From contig JAHPZE010000028.1 in assembly GCA_019058365.1 (NCBI GenBank), positions 1 to 56,905 on the forward strand: DNA of 56,905 nucleotides, written 5' to 3'. How positions within the stretch are numbered: the stretch's first letter is position 1; every line of letters starts with the position of its first letter. The translations under genes and the position numbers were made by a program. Origin of the DNA: Promethearchaeota archaeon (GTDB lineage Archaea; Asgardarchaeota; Lokiarchaeia; Sigyniarchaeales; SOKP01). The notes beneath the pieces are model-generated. The model had not been told where the DNA came from, did no database searches, and saw only the letters and a list, made by a program, of their open reading frames with translations. Below, piece by piece: positions 38,296 to 48,258 of the stretch.

Positions 38296-38563
38296 CTTCT
38301 TGTTGTTAGAAAATCTATATTCGAAGCTAATATTTTCCCCTAATTTTGCTATGTTTTATGGTTTTCTCGTAAAAAAAAATTTATTTGAAATTCTTTTCTT
38401 TACCTTATTTTCAAAACAACTTTAAATTTTAGTTAAATTTTAATGAAAAATTATTGAAATGGATTTTATTAAAAAATGAAAAATTAGATAAATTATTTGA
38501 GGATAAACGTTTTTAATTAAATGTCAGTTAAGTTAAATATCACAGATATTAGTGAATTAAATT

Positions 38564-39802
38564 ATGAAAGTTAATAGACGTAAAGAGTTATTTAGTAATG
38601 TTAACGATAAGGATTGGAATGATTGGCATTGGCAGGTTAGAAATAGGATAACAACTTTGGAAGAACTCAAAAAATATATTACCTTAACCAAGGAAGAAGA
38701 TGATTCTCGAATTTTAGAGGAATATAGAATGGCAATTACCCCCTATTATTTATCCTTAATTGATCCTGATGATCCATATGATCCTATTAGAAAACAAGCA
38801 ATTCCAACTACTCATGAATTAAATAGATGTCAAAGTGACTTGGAAGATCCACTAAGTGAAGATATTGATTCTCCAGTTCCTGGTTTAACTCATCGATACC
38901 CTGACAGAGTCTTATTTTTGGTAACAGAGAAATGTTCAATGTATTGTAGACATTGTACACGGAGAAGATTTGCGGGACATCTTGATATGGGACCGCAACC
39001 ATCACAGATAGATGCTTGTATTGAATATATAAAAAATACTCCTTCAATTAGAGATGTGCTCTTATCTGGAGGAGATGCGTTATTAATGTCTGATGAAAAA
39101 TTAGAAGAAATTCTCAAGAAATTGAAACCAATAACTCATGTAGAAATTATACGTATAGGTTCTAGAGCTCCAGTAACTAATCCTTTCCGTATTACTCCGG
39201 AATTATGTGAAATGCTGCAAAAATATCATCCAATTTGGTTTAATACACATTTTAACCACCCAAATGAAATAACAGAAGATTCTAAAAGAGCCTGCGAGAT
39301 GTTAGCTAATGCAGGGATGCCTCTTGGAAATCAATCCGTTTTATTAAAGGGTGTAAATGATTGTATTCATATAATGAAAAAATTAGTGCATGAATTAGTT
39401 AAAATTCGAGTGAGACCATATTATATTTACCAATGCGACCTTTCTTTAGGTCTTGGACATTTTAGAACAAGTGTAGCTCAAGGTATTGAAATAATTGAAG
39501 GATTAAGAGGTCATACTTCAGGATTATGTGTACCTACTTTTGTTGTTGATGCTCCAGGAGGCGGTGGAAAAATACCAGTTATGCCAGGGTATACAATATC
39601 TCAAGGAAATACTCGAGTTGTATTAAGGAATTTTGAAGGAGTCATAACGACTTATGAAGAACCAAATGATTATGTACCAGACTGTCATTGTGAAGATTGT
39701 GAAAAACAAATCGGAGTTAGTGCATTACTGAGTGGTGAAAAAGTTACTATTGAACCCGCAGATCTGAAAAGGAAACTAAGAAGAAAAAAACTTACTAAAT
39801 AA
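38564..39802 (+). CDS. kamA: Lysine 2,3-aminomutase (radical SAM, PLP)
   Basis: [29 protein letters not shown]-terminal CHCEDC. Confidence 0.96.
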   Translation: MKVNRRKELFSNVNDKDWNDWHWQVRNRITTLEELKKYITLTKEEDDSRILEEYRMAITPYYLSLIDPDDPYDPIRKQAIPTTHELNRCQSDLEDPLSEDIDSPVPGLTHRYPDRVLFLVTEKCSMYCRHCTRRRFAGHLDMGPQPSQIDACIEYIKNTPSIRDVLLSGGDALLMSDEKLEEILKKLKPITHVEIIRIGSRAPVTNPFRITPELCEMLQKYHPIWFNTHFNHPNEITEDSKRACEMLANAGMPLGNQSVLLKGVNDCIHIMKKLVHELVKIRVRPYYIYQCDLSLGLGHFRTSVAQGIEIIEGLRGHTSGLCVPTFVVDAPGGGGKIPVMPGYTISQGNTRVVLRNFEGVITTYEEPNDYVPDCHCEDCEKQIGVSALLSGEKVTIEPADLKRKLRRKKLTK

Positions 39803-39871
39803 TTCTAAAGTTTAAATAAGTTAGTTTTATTTCTGTAATTATCAAAAACACTAATTGTTTTTGTCAAGAAA

Positions 39872-40903
39872 ATGGATTTTATGACTAACTTTCTTAATAA
39901 CATCACTACATTTTCAGTTGTTTCAATAATTGGTCTCGCAAAAAATGTTAGTAAAACTACAACATTAAATTATATTATAAAAAACTTGAAAGGTTATAAG
40001 CTAGGTCTAACTTCTATTGGAAGAGATGGGGAAAAATATGATGTGATTACACTTTTACCAAAACCTCGAATATATATTAAAAGAAATACAATAATTGCGA
40101 CAGCAAGACAAAGTTATGAAGCAAGTGAAGTACAAATGGAGATATTAAAAACTACTGACTTTAATACTCCATTAGGGGAAGTATTAATATTAAAAGCATT
40201 AAGCGATGGGTTGGTTGAATTAGCTGGACCATCAACCAATAAAAATTTGAAAAAACTATGCGTAGAATTAAAAGATTTAGGATGTGATCTGATTCTCATT
40301 GATGGGGCATTTGATAGGAGATCTTATGCAACACCCATCATATCTGACGCTATAATCCTTTCTACGGGAGCTTCTGTATCAGAAGATATCCAAAATGTTA
40401 TTGATTTAACAGCTCATACAATTGATTTATTAAATTTAGAATGCGAGAAAGAAAAGGAAATTTCAGATATAGCTAAGGATATATTTAAAAAAGCAAAAGT
40501 AGGTATAGTGGATAATCAAACTAATATAAAATTATTAGATGTACCCACTCCTTTAGATGCTGCAAAAGATATTTCTGCAAATTTAGATGAAAAATCTAGA
40601 TATGTTATAATAAATGGCGCAATTACTGATAAATTATTAGAAGATTTAATGAAATTTACACATAAATATAAGGGAGTAACGTTCCTAGTAGAAGATGCAA
40701 CTAAACTTTTCTTAAGTAAAAATTTAAAGAATAAGTTCCAAAAAAAAGGTGGAATAATAAAAGTCTTACATTCCATTAAGGTTATAGCAGTTACTATAAA
40801 CCCAACTTCTCCATTGGGATATCAATTTGAAAAAGATAACTTTTTAAATTTAATGAAAAAAAAACTCGATGTTCCTGTTTATGATTTGGGAGCAGGTAAT
40901 TAG
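39872..40903 (+). CDS. kamB: KamB-like protein (putative lysine 5,6-aminomutase reactivase subunit)
   Basis: SIIGLAKNVSKTT, TSIGRDGE, ELAGP, IDGAFDR; sits between kamA and kamD. Confidence 0.75.
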   Translation: MDFMTNFLNNITTFSVVSIIGLAKNVSKTTTLNYIIKNLKGYKLGLTSIGRDGEKYDVITLLPKPRIYIKRNTIIATARQSYEASEVQMEILKTTDFNTPLGEVLILKALSDGLVELAGPSTNKNLKKLCVELKDLGCDLILIDGAFDRRSYATPIISDAIILSTGASVSEDIQNVIDLTAHTIDLLNLECEKEKEISDIAKDIFKKAKVGIVDNQTNIKLLDVPTPLDAAKDISANLDEKSRYVIINGAITDKLLEDLMKFTHKYKGVTFLVEDATKLFLSKNLKNKFQKKGGIIKVLHSIKVIAVTINPTSPLGYQFEKDNFLNLMKKKLDVPVYDLGAGN

Positions 40904-40935
40904 AATAATACAAATTAATATTAAAAGTTAAAATT

Positions 40936-42534
40936 GTGAATAGATTGAATGAAAAAGGAAAGCAAATTAAGAGTAAATTGAATTTAGATTTTATATTAGT
41001 AAATAAAGCGAGACAAACCGCTAAAAAAATTGCTTTTGAGACTCAAAAATTTATTGATGTTCATACTACCACAACAATAGAAAGAACAGTTTGTAGATTA
41101 CTTGGGATAGATGACATTGATGAATTTAATGTACCTCTTCCTAATATTGTTGTAGACCATATCAATAAGAAGAATCGTCTAGGAAGCGGTGTTGCAAATC
41201 TAATTGGAAATGCTATATTACATACAAATCTTACACCTCAAGAAATTGCAAAAAAAGTTGCAAGGAATGAGTTAGATTTAACAGAATTATCCTTAAAAGA
41301 TATTTCTGATATTAAAGCTACGATTAATGTCATTGCCCAAGAAACCTTAGTGAAGATATCTCAGAATAAGAAAAAAAGAGAAAAATTTCTTCATGGATAT
41401 GGTGATAAAGAGGGACCATTGATATACGTTATTGTAGCTACAGGAAATATTTATGAAGATATAATTCAAGCAAAAGCAGTCGCAAGACAGGGCGCTGATG
41501 TAATCGCTGTCATTCGATCTACAGTACAAAGTTTACTTGATTACGTACCTTATGGTGCAACCACTGAAGGATTTGGTGGAACTTATGCTACTCAAGAAAA
41601 TTTCCGACTCATGAGAAAGGCATTAGATGATGTCAGTGAGGAATTAGGTAGATACGTAAGGCTAACTAATTATTGTTCTGGTTTATGTATGCCAGAAATT
41701 GCAGCTATGGGGGCATTTGAGAGGCTTGATATGATGCTAAACGACGCCCTTTATGGAATTTTATTCCGTGATATTAATATGAAAAGAACTATTATTGACC
41801 AATACTTTTCAAGAATGATAAATGCATATGCAGGTGTAATTATAAATACTGGAGAAGACAATTACTTAACTACAGCGGATGCTTATGAAGCAGCTCACAC
41901 GGTTCTTGCTTCTGAATTTATAAATGAACAATTTGCCTTACTTGCTGGATTAAGGGAAGAACAAATGGGATTAGGTCATGCATTTGAAATGAATCCTGAT
42001 TTAGAGAATGGTTTTTTATATGAACTTGCTCAAGCTCAAATGACACGAGAAATATTTCCGAAGGCTCCTTTAAAGTATATGCCTCCAACAAAATTTATGA
42101 CAGGAAACATATTCAAAGGGCATATTCAAGATGCATTATTTAATATAATAACTATTATGACAAATCAAAGAATTCATCTTCTAGGTATGTTAACAGAAGC
42201 AATACATACACCTTTTATGTCAGATAGAGCTTTATCTATTGAAAATGCGTGCTATATATTCAATAATATGAAATCTATTAATGAGGAGATAGTATTCAAG
42301 AAAGGGGGATTAATGGAAAGAAGAGTTGACGAGGTCCTTCATAAAGCATTTGATTTGTTGAAGGAAATCGAAAAAGAAGGGTTGTTTAAAACAATTGAAA
42401 AGGGAATTTTCGCTAACATTAAAAGACCAATAGATGGAGGTAAAGGTTTGGATGGTGTAGTTAAGAAAGAGAAAGAGTATTTTAATCCCTTTATTGAACT
42501 TATGATTAGAGAATTAACAAAAGGAGGGAACTAG
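40936..42534 (+). CDS. kamD: Lysine 5,6-aminomutase alpha subunit
   Basis: VATGNIYED, SLLDYVPYGATTEGFGGTYATQENF, NYCSGLCMPE, KYMPPTK. Confidence 0.96.
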   Translation: MNRLNEKGKQIKSKLNLDFILVNKARQTAKKIAFETQKFIDVHTTTTIERTVCRLLGIDDIDEFNVPLPNIVVDHINKKNRLGSGVANLIGNAILHTNLTPQEIAKKVARNELDLTELSLKDISDIKATINVIAQETLVKISQNKKKREKFLHGYGDKEGPLIYVIVATGNIYEDIIQAKAVARQGADVIAVIRSTVQSLLDYVPYGATTEGFGGTYATQENFRLMRKALDDVSEELGRYVRLTNYCSGLCMPEIAAMGAFERLDMMLNDALYGILFRDINMKRTIIDQYFSRMINAYAGVIINTGEDNYLTTADAYEAAHTVLASEFINEQFALLAGLREEQMGLGHAFEMNPDLENGFLYELAQAQMTREIFPKAPLKYMPPTKFMTGNIFKGHIQDALFNIITIMTNQRIHLLGMLTEAIHTPFMSDRALSIENACYIFNNMKSINEEIVFKKGGLMERRVDEVLHKAFDLLKEIEKEGLFKTIEKGIFANIKRPIDGGKGLDGVVKKEKEYFNPFIELMIRELTKGGN

Positions 42535-42535
42535 A

Positions 42536-43324
42536 ATGGGAGGAGGACAATATTCGACTGAAAAAGAAGCTTTTGATAAAAACCTTGATTTAACAAAAAT
42601 CAAACCTTATGGAGATACAATGAACGATGGAAAGATGCAGGTAAGTTTTACACTTCCAGTTGAAGATGGTGATAAGGCAATTGAAGCAGCTAAAGAGCTC
42701 GCAGAAAAAATGGGATTAAAAGATCCAGAGGTTGTCTATCATTCATCATTAGACAAAGGATTCACTTTTTTCGTAATTTTTGGAAAAATAATTCATACTC
42801 TCGACTATACTAAAATTCAAGTAGAAACTGTAGAAGTAGAGGTTATGTTTAAAGATGATATAAATACATATATAAGAGATAAGATAGGGCGTAAGTTGGT
42901 TATTCTTGGAGCATCTACTGGAACTGATGCCCATACCGTTGGAATCGATGCAATTCTAAATATGAAAGGTTTCGCAGGTCATTATGGTCTTGAACACTAT
43001 GAAATGATTGAAGCTTTTAACTTAGGGAGTCAAGTAACAAATGAAGAATTTGTTAAAAAAGCAATAGAACTTAAAGCTGACGTTTTACTCGTGTCACAAA
43101 CAGTTACACAAAAAGATATACATGTTAAGAACTTAACTCTATTAGTGGATCTCTTAGAAGCTGAAGGAATTAGAGATCGTGTCATTTTAATTTGTGGTGG
43201 TGCAAGAATAAGTAATGAATTAGCTAAAGAATTAGGATATGATGCAGGATTTGGTCCCGGTACCCATGCAGAAATTGTAGCCTCCTTCTTTATACGAGAA
43301 ATTGTGAATAAAAAGCTTACATAA
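42536..43324 (+). CDS. kamE: Lysine 5,6-aminomutase beta subunit (B12, PLP)
   Basis: KPYGDTMNDG, DAHTVG (B12), NMKGFAGHYGLE, SQTVTQ. Confidence 0.96.
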   Translation: MGGGQYSTEKEAFDKNLDLTKIKPYGDTMNDGKMQVSFTLPVEDGDKAIEAAKELAEKMGLKDPEVVYHSSLDKGFTFFVIFGKIIHTLDYTKIQVETVEVEVMFKDDINTYIRDKIGRKLVILGASTGTDAHTVGIDAILNMKGFAGHYGLEHYEMIEAFNLGSQVTNEEFVKKAIELKADVLLVSQTVTQKDIHVKNLTLLVDLLEAEGIRDRVILICGGARISNELAKELGYDAGFGPGTHAEIVASFFIREIVNKKLT

Positions 43325-43570
43325 TTATTTAGTAAATTCTTTCATTACCATATGCGTATTAGAAACTGTAATTCCATCAATCATATCTATTTTATTTGCA
43401 AATATCTCGTATAACTCTTCAGGTGTTTCTACAACAACTTCAGCTAGTAAATCATAATCCCCTGTTAAGGACATCACTTTAGTGATTTGGGGAATTATTT
43501 TTAAATCTTCAATCACAGACTTTATTACACTAATCCCTAATTTACATAAAATAATTGCTTTTATTGTCAT
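43325..43570 (-). CDS. Stand-alone Lrp/AsnC ligand-binding (RAM) domain protein
   Basis: KAIILCK...VMSLTGDYDLL...IDGITVSNT; no HTH; GGAGG upstream of ATG 43570. Confidence 0.85.
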   Translation of the reverse strand: MTIKAIILCKLGISVIKSVIEDLKIIPQITKVMSLTGDYDLLAEVVVETPEELYEIFANKIDMIDGITVSNTHMVMKEFTK

Positions 43571-43592
43571 ACCAAAATACATCCCTCCTTTA

Positions 43593-44912
43593 TTAGTTTG
43601 GTGATTTAACAATTTTATTAATAAATAAAATCTCAATATTTTTAATATCAGTTAAAGGTTTTAATCTTGTATTAATTAGATTATAAAAATCTCTAATAGA
43701 ACTTGTTTTAATATTTAATAACAAATCATGAATTCCAACTAAAGCAATAATAGATGTTATCCCGTAATATTTAAAAACGTGTAAGGTAATTCGATTTATT
43801 GCGCCTTTTTTTATTTTTAATAGCAAAACTGCCTGAACCAAATTCTTTACTTCATGAGAATACCTAAGTACGAATGTGACCCCGAGTAAAAATATGAAAA
43901 TAATCAATATTTCATGAGGAAAATACTCGTTAACAAAAATTATTGAAAAGATAATAGAACCCATAGGATCAATTACGTTTAAAATACTACTCCATTGACT
44001 ATAGGTCAAATTCTCAGATTTCCAATTCACATTAGCTAAAAAAATTAATAAATACGGGATAATTGTTGAAAAGATTATTAAAAAGATTAGTTCCCACTTA
44101 CTTAAAATCACAAAAAAATTACTAAATTGATTAAAAAATGTTGATATTTCATAAGTTAAATCAGTTTCTATAGGTAAAATATATATGATTAGAGCTAATG
44201 GAATCATGCAAATTACTCCCATTAAAAAAGAAATTGACATTTTAATTAGAAATCGAGGTATTTTATAATTCTTGTTTTTATTAATTATTTTGGTTTCTTC
44301 CATAGAATACGCATCCCTATTAATAGCGATATAGAGAAAAGAAATTGAAATACTAAAAATTAATAAATAAATTATTCCATTTAGCGTCAAAGGTCTCCCT
44401 CTTAAAGCAGCTCCTGTACCTCCAACGAATATCAAAAGTATGATTGTAAAAAATAATATAATAATATAGAGTACTTTAAAAATGTCAAATTTCTCAAAAT
44501 TCACACCTTTTTCATAAAAGGCAATAAAAATTACGCTTAAAAGAAAACCAATCATTGTAAACGTAATTGACGTAGTCTTTAAGGTCAAAAAGAAGAAAAT
44601 TACATTTAGAATTATCCCAAAAAAACCTAAATAGAAGTAATATGAAATGTTTTTTATATCGAAAAATCTCCTATTCTTATGCAATAGATTTTTAAATAGC
44701 AATCGGAGTGATATGGTTTCATTTTTAGATCTTTTATTATTGATAAATACAAGAATCACTGCTAATATTAATAAGGCAAAACCAGAAATCAGAAATCTTA
44801 AAAAGATTACCATAATAATGGATACTTCTAAAAACAAATCTTCTACAACTACTGGAATAAAACTCCAGAGCAAGTTTGCTAGAATTATATTAATTATTAG
44901 TTTATTTTGCAT
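43593..44912 (-). CDS. EamA/DMT-family transporter fused to a C-terminal Lrp/AsnC (RAM) domain
   Basis: LLWSFIP, FLRF and about 10 TM; C-terminal QAVLLLKIK...LVGIHDLL...IEILFI. Confidence 0.72.
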   Translation of the reverse strand: MQNKLIINIILANLLWSFIPVVVEDLFLEVSIIMVIFLRFLISGFALLILAVILVFINNKRSKNETISLRLLFKNLLHKNRRFFDIKNISYYFYLGFFGIILNVIFFFLTLKTTSITFTMIGFLLSVIFIAFYEKGVNFEKFDIFKVLYIIILFFTIILLIFVGGTGAALRGRPLTLNGIIYLLIFSISISFLYIAINRDAYSMEETKIINKNKNYKIPRFLIKMSISFLMGVICMIPLALIIYILPIETDLTYEISTFFNQFSNFFVILSKWELIFLIIFSTIIPYLLIFLANVNWKSENLTYSQWSSILNVIDPMGSIIFSIIFVNEYFPHEILIIFIFLLGVTFVLRYSHEVKNLVQAVLLLKIKKGAINRITLHVFKYYGITSIIALVGIHDLLLNIKTSSIRDFYNLINTRLKPLTDIKNIEILFINKIVKSPN

Positions 44913-45005
44913 TAGTTCATTATATTTATAGAAATTAAGAATAAACATATATTCAATAAATAAAGATCAAAAAATTTTCTTAAATATGAATATTGTTGTT
45001 CAATA

Positions 45006-45183
45006 ATCCCATTTTCCTCCCAAACTTTTAAGGAGAACCTCTAAACTTTTAATGAATATGTTCATATAATTAAATAGTATTTTAAATAACGATAGAATGT
45101 GAAAATAGATGCCATCTTCAAAAGACTTTATAGATTTGAATAATAAATATTTTGATTCTAAAATATTTTTCCGTAAAGAGTAA
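45006..45183 (+). pseudogene. Degenerate duplicate of the rocD promoter and 5' end
   Basis: 45109-45183 reads MPSSKDFIDLNNKYF... versus rocD MPTSKEFIEMDSKYC; about 100 nt upstream also aligns with 45892-45996. Confidence 0.7.
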
Positions 45184-45439
45184 GTTTCATATAGTTCACG
45201 CTGATCATGAGCATGATTATATTCAATTAAAAAATTTATGAATCCCCCCTTAGTATCTGCTTGAGTTACCGCAAAAGTCTTTTACTTAGTTCTATCTTTT
45301 AAAAATAATTCAAATTTTATATTATTCAATATTTTTTTGGATACTGAAATATCAGTGAAAAGAAGATTTAAATAATCAGTTTATATATGAGAATTAAAAA
45401 TATCAATTTTTCATTAAAATACAAAAATTCTTAGTTATA

Positions 45440-45676
45440 ATGATGAAAAAATTAAGTAAAAGATGGAAAGATTTTAAAAAAAGAAGAAAAGAAGAATTAA
45501 TTCATAGGGCAATAGCCGCAGAGGGTGTAGCTAGACCAGGAATGTTTGCTATGGGGGGTGGAAATAGACCGGGAATAAGTGGCAGTAATATTGCAGGAGG
45601 TGGTCAGAATGCTGGATTAGCTTCAACAGGAGAAAAACGTACTTATAAGATGAAAAAAGGGATAAAATCCAAATAA
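45440..45676 (+). CDS. Small basic, Gly-rich hypothetical protein (78 aa)
   Basis: Open frame richer in GC than its flanks; basic ends around a Gly/Ala/Ser core. Confidence 0.55.
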   Translation: MMKKLSKRWKDFKKRRKEELIHRAIAAEGVARPGMFAMGGGNRPGISGSNIAGGGQNAGLASTGEKRTYKMKKGIKSK

Positions 45677-45935
45677 TAAAGGATTTATCAATAAAATTGG
45701 ATATTTTTTGAATTATAAGTTTAATATAAATGTTCCAACAAAGTTTACGCTTCATGTTTCTTTTAATAACTTATGCTCCTTAAATCACTAAATATTTAGT
45801 CATTTTTATTTTTTTAAGGTTCTAGTTAGCGATATAAGATTATATTAATTATTCAACTTTTATTCAAGATAATCAATCTAATTTTATTAAAGATCCCATA
45901 CAATTCCCAAAATCTATTAAGGAAAAATCTAAAAC

Positions 45936-45957
45936 TTTTATGAATTCTTTCATAAAA
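45936..45957. promoter_or_regulatory. Palindromic operator candidate upstream of rocD
   Basis: TTTTATGAA-TTCT-TTCATAAAA perfect 9-bp inverted repeat; the core ATGAA-N4-TTCAT is conserved at 45052-45065. Confidence 0.55.
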
Positions 45958-45996
45958 TTAAATAATAATTAGTAAAAAAAAGGTATTTGATTTTTC

Positions 45997-47259
45997 ATGC
46001 CAACTTCAAAAGAATTTATTGAGATGGATAGCAAATATTGCGCTCATAATTATCACCCCATTCCAGTCGTTATAGCGCGTGCTGAAGGTGTTTGGGTGTA
46101 TGATCCAGAAGGTAAAAAATATTTAGATTGTTTATCTGCTTATTCAAGTCAGAATATAGGTCACTGTCATCCCGAAATTGTTGCAACTCTAAAAGAACAA
46201 GCAAGCATTGTTACATTAACTTCTCGCGCCTTTCATAATACTATGATGGGTCCTTTTTTAAAAATGTTAGCTGAAGTTGTTGGACCACATATAAATGATC
46301 CTAAGAATTCTGGAATAATGTCACTCCCAATGAATACTGGAACAGAAGCAGTATCAACTGGATTAAAAGTTGCTCGAGCTTGGGGATATATAAAGAAAAA
46401 GATCCCAAAAAATGAAGCCAAAATAATTGTATGCAGAAATAATTTTCATGGAAGAACTATCACTATTGTCGGATTTAGCTCTGATATTTCAGCAGCGCGG
46501 TATTATGGACACTTTGGTCCATACACACCAGGATTTATAATTGTTCCTTATGGAGATGCTGATCAATTAGAAAATACGATATTAGAAATTGGTCCTGAAA
46601 AAGTAGCAGCGTTCTTAGTTGAACCTATTCAGGGAGAAGCAGGAGTTAAGGTTCCCCCTGAAGGGTACTTAAAAAAAATAAGAAAAATTTGTACAAAATA
46701 TAATGTTTTACTGGTCTTAGATGAAATTCAAACAGGATTCGGAAGAACTGGAGAATTTTTTGCTTGCGATCATGAAGATGTGAAACCTGATATGTTATTG
46801 CTTGGTAAAGCTCTTGGAGGTGGAGTATATCCGGTTTCTGCGTGTGTAAGTACACAAGAGATTATTGGTCCTGATGTGATAAAACCTGGTACACATGGAA
46901 GTACTTTCGGCGGTAATCCTTTAGCAGCGGCAATTGGTATGAAATCAATAGATATTCACTTACGAGAGAATTTAGCAGAACGTGCTAAGAAAATGGGTGC
47001 TCATTTTTTAAAAAGATTAAAGGAAGTTGCTGAGAAGAAAACCAGAATTCCAATTAAAGAAGTTAGAGGTAAAGGATTATTAATCGCTGTTGAATTTGAG
47101 GAAGATGCCAGACAGATTGTAGAGGAATTAAAGGACAATGGAATTTTAGTAAAAGATACTCACTCTACTATCATTCGATTTGCTCCTCCGTTGGTAATAA
47201 CAAGAGAAGAAATTGATTGGGCTATTGATATTATAGAAAAAGTGTTTGTAAAACAATAA
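45997..47259 (+). CDS. rocD: Ornithine--oxo-acid aminotransferase
   Basis: AHNYHPIPVV, DCLSAYS, LTSRAF, EPIQGEAG, DEIQTG, LGKALGGG, HGSTFGGNP. Confidence 0.93.
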   Translation: MPTSKEFIEMDSKYCAHNYHPIPVVIARAEGVWVYDPEGKKYLDCLSAYSSQNIGHCHPEIVATLKEQASIVTLTSRAFHNTMMGPFLKMLAEVVGPHINDPKNSGIMSLPMNTGTEAVSTGLKVARAWGYIKKKIPKNEAKIIVCRNNFHGRTITIVGFSSDISAARYYGHFGPYTPGFIIVPYGDADQLENTILEIGPEKVAAFLVEPIQGEAGVKVPPEGYLKKIRKICTKYNVLLVLDEIQTGFGRTGEFFACDHEDVKPDMLLLGKALGGGVYPVSACVSTQEIIGPDVIKPGTHGSTFGGNPLAAAIGMKSIDIHLRENLAERAKKMGAHFLKRLKEVAEKKTRIPIKEVRGKGLLIAVEFEEDARQIVEELKDNGILVKDTHSTIIRFAPPLVITREEIDWAIDIIEKVFVKQ

Positions 47260-47261
47260 AA

Positions 47262-48179
47262 TTATTTATCTAAAATTATTTGAGTCCCAGCTTTTCCTTC
47301 TAATGCTTCCTTTATCTTTTCTATAGAAGTAATTATTGCTTTTTTTCCTCCTGTTTCCAAAAAATTTATAACTGCTTGAATTTTAGGCCCCATACTTCCC
47401 GCAGGAAATTGTCCTTCTTCTAAATATTTCTTTGCTTCAGAAATAGAGAGTCTTTCTAGATCGTTTTGAGCAGGTTTCCCGTAATTGAGTGCAACTTTTT
47501 CAACATCAGTAGCTATAAGAAGAATATCTGCTCCAATTTGCTCAGCTAACTTTGAGCTAGCGAGATCTTTATCTATTACAGCTTCAACACCATATAATCT
47601 TTTTTCTTCTTTTATGACTGGAATACCTCCTCCACCACAGGCAATAACAATCCAGCTTCCTAATTCCATTAACTTCTTGATCTCACGCCATTGATAAATT
47701 TTTTTTGGTTTTGGAGATGGAACAACTCGGCGCCATCCCTTAGTAGTTTTAACTTGTCCTAATTGAGTACGGACTGGATAAGCAGGTCCAATTGGTTTTG
47801 TAGGATTCTTAAACGCAGGATCTTCTGGGTCTACTTTAACATAAGTAAGAATTGTTAAGAAAAGTTTTTCCTCATCTAAACCTATTTTCATTAGTTCTTC
47901 ATCTAAAGTACTTTCGATCATGAACCCAATCTGACCTTGTGTTTCTGCTACTAAAATCTGTAATGGCATCTTTACAACATGGAGAGCTGCTTCTTGTTGT
48001 AGGAGAAGTGATCCTACCATGGGACCATTGCCATGTGTGATGACAACTTGATAATCTTTAGATAATTCAGCAATCTGTCTGATTGGGGCTCTTAGATTAT
48101 CTAACATTTGTCCAACAGTTCCTTCTTCACCCAATCTGATAAGTGCATTTCCGCCTAAAGCAATAATTAATGTTTTCAT
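47262..48179 (-). CDS. arcC: Carbamate kinase
   Basis: ALGGNAL, THGNGP, PTKPIGP, RRVVPSP, EAVIDKD, GSMGPK. Confidence 0.95.
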   Translation of the reverse strand: MKTLIIALGGNALIRLGEEGTVGQMLDNLRAPIRQIAELSKDYQVVITHGNGPMVGSLLLQQEAALHVVKMPLQILVAETQGQIGFMIESTLDEELMKIGLDEEKLFLTILTYVKVDPEDPAFKNPTKPIGPAYPVRTQLGQVKTTKGWRRVVPSPKPKKIYQWREIKKLMELGSWIVIACGGGGIPVIKEEKRLYGVEAVIDKDLASSKLAEQIGADILLIATDVEKVALNYGKPAQNDLERLSISEAKKYLEEGQFPAGSMGPKIQAVINFLETGGKKAIITSIEKIKEALEGKAGTQIILDK

Positions 48180-48258
48180 AGAAAAACTTCAGAAATTACG
48201 ATAATTAACACTAATAGAAAAATAATATTATTTAACTTATTATTTAAATTTCTCGGTA

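Noticed and set aside
38296-38563. Lysine riboswitch or ncRNA upstream of kamA
   Set aside because: Extremely AT-rich with no stable stems or conserved riboswitch motifs
38564-39802. ablA of N-epsilon-acetyl-beta-lysine osmolyte synthesis, or EpmB
   Set aside because: No ablB or efp adjacent; flanked by kdd and kamBDE
44999-45282. Stop-free minus-strand frame of about 90 codons (KTFAVTQADTKGG...GGKWDY)
   Set aside because: No plausible start, no recognisable motif, and it overlaps the rocD promoter remnant
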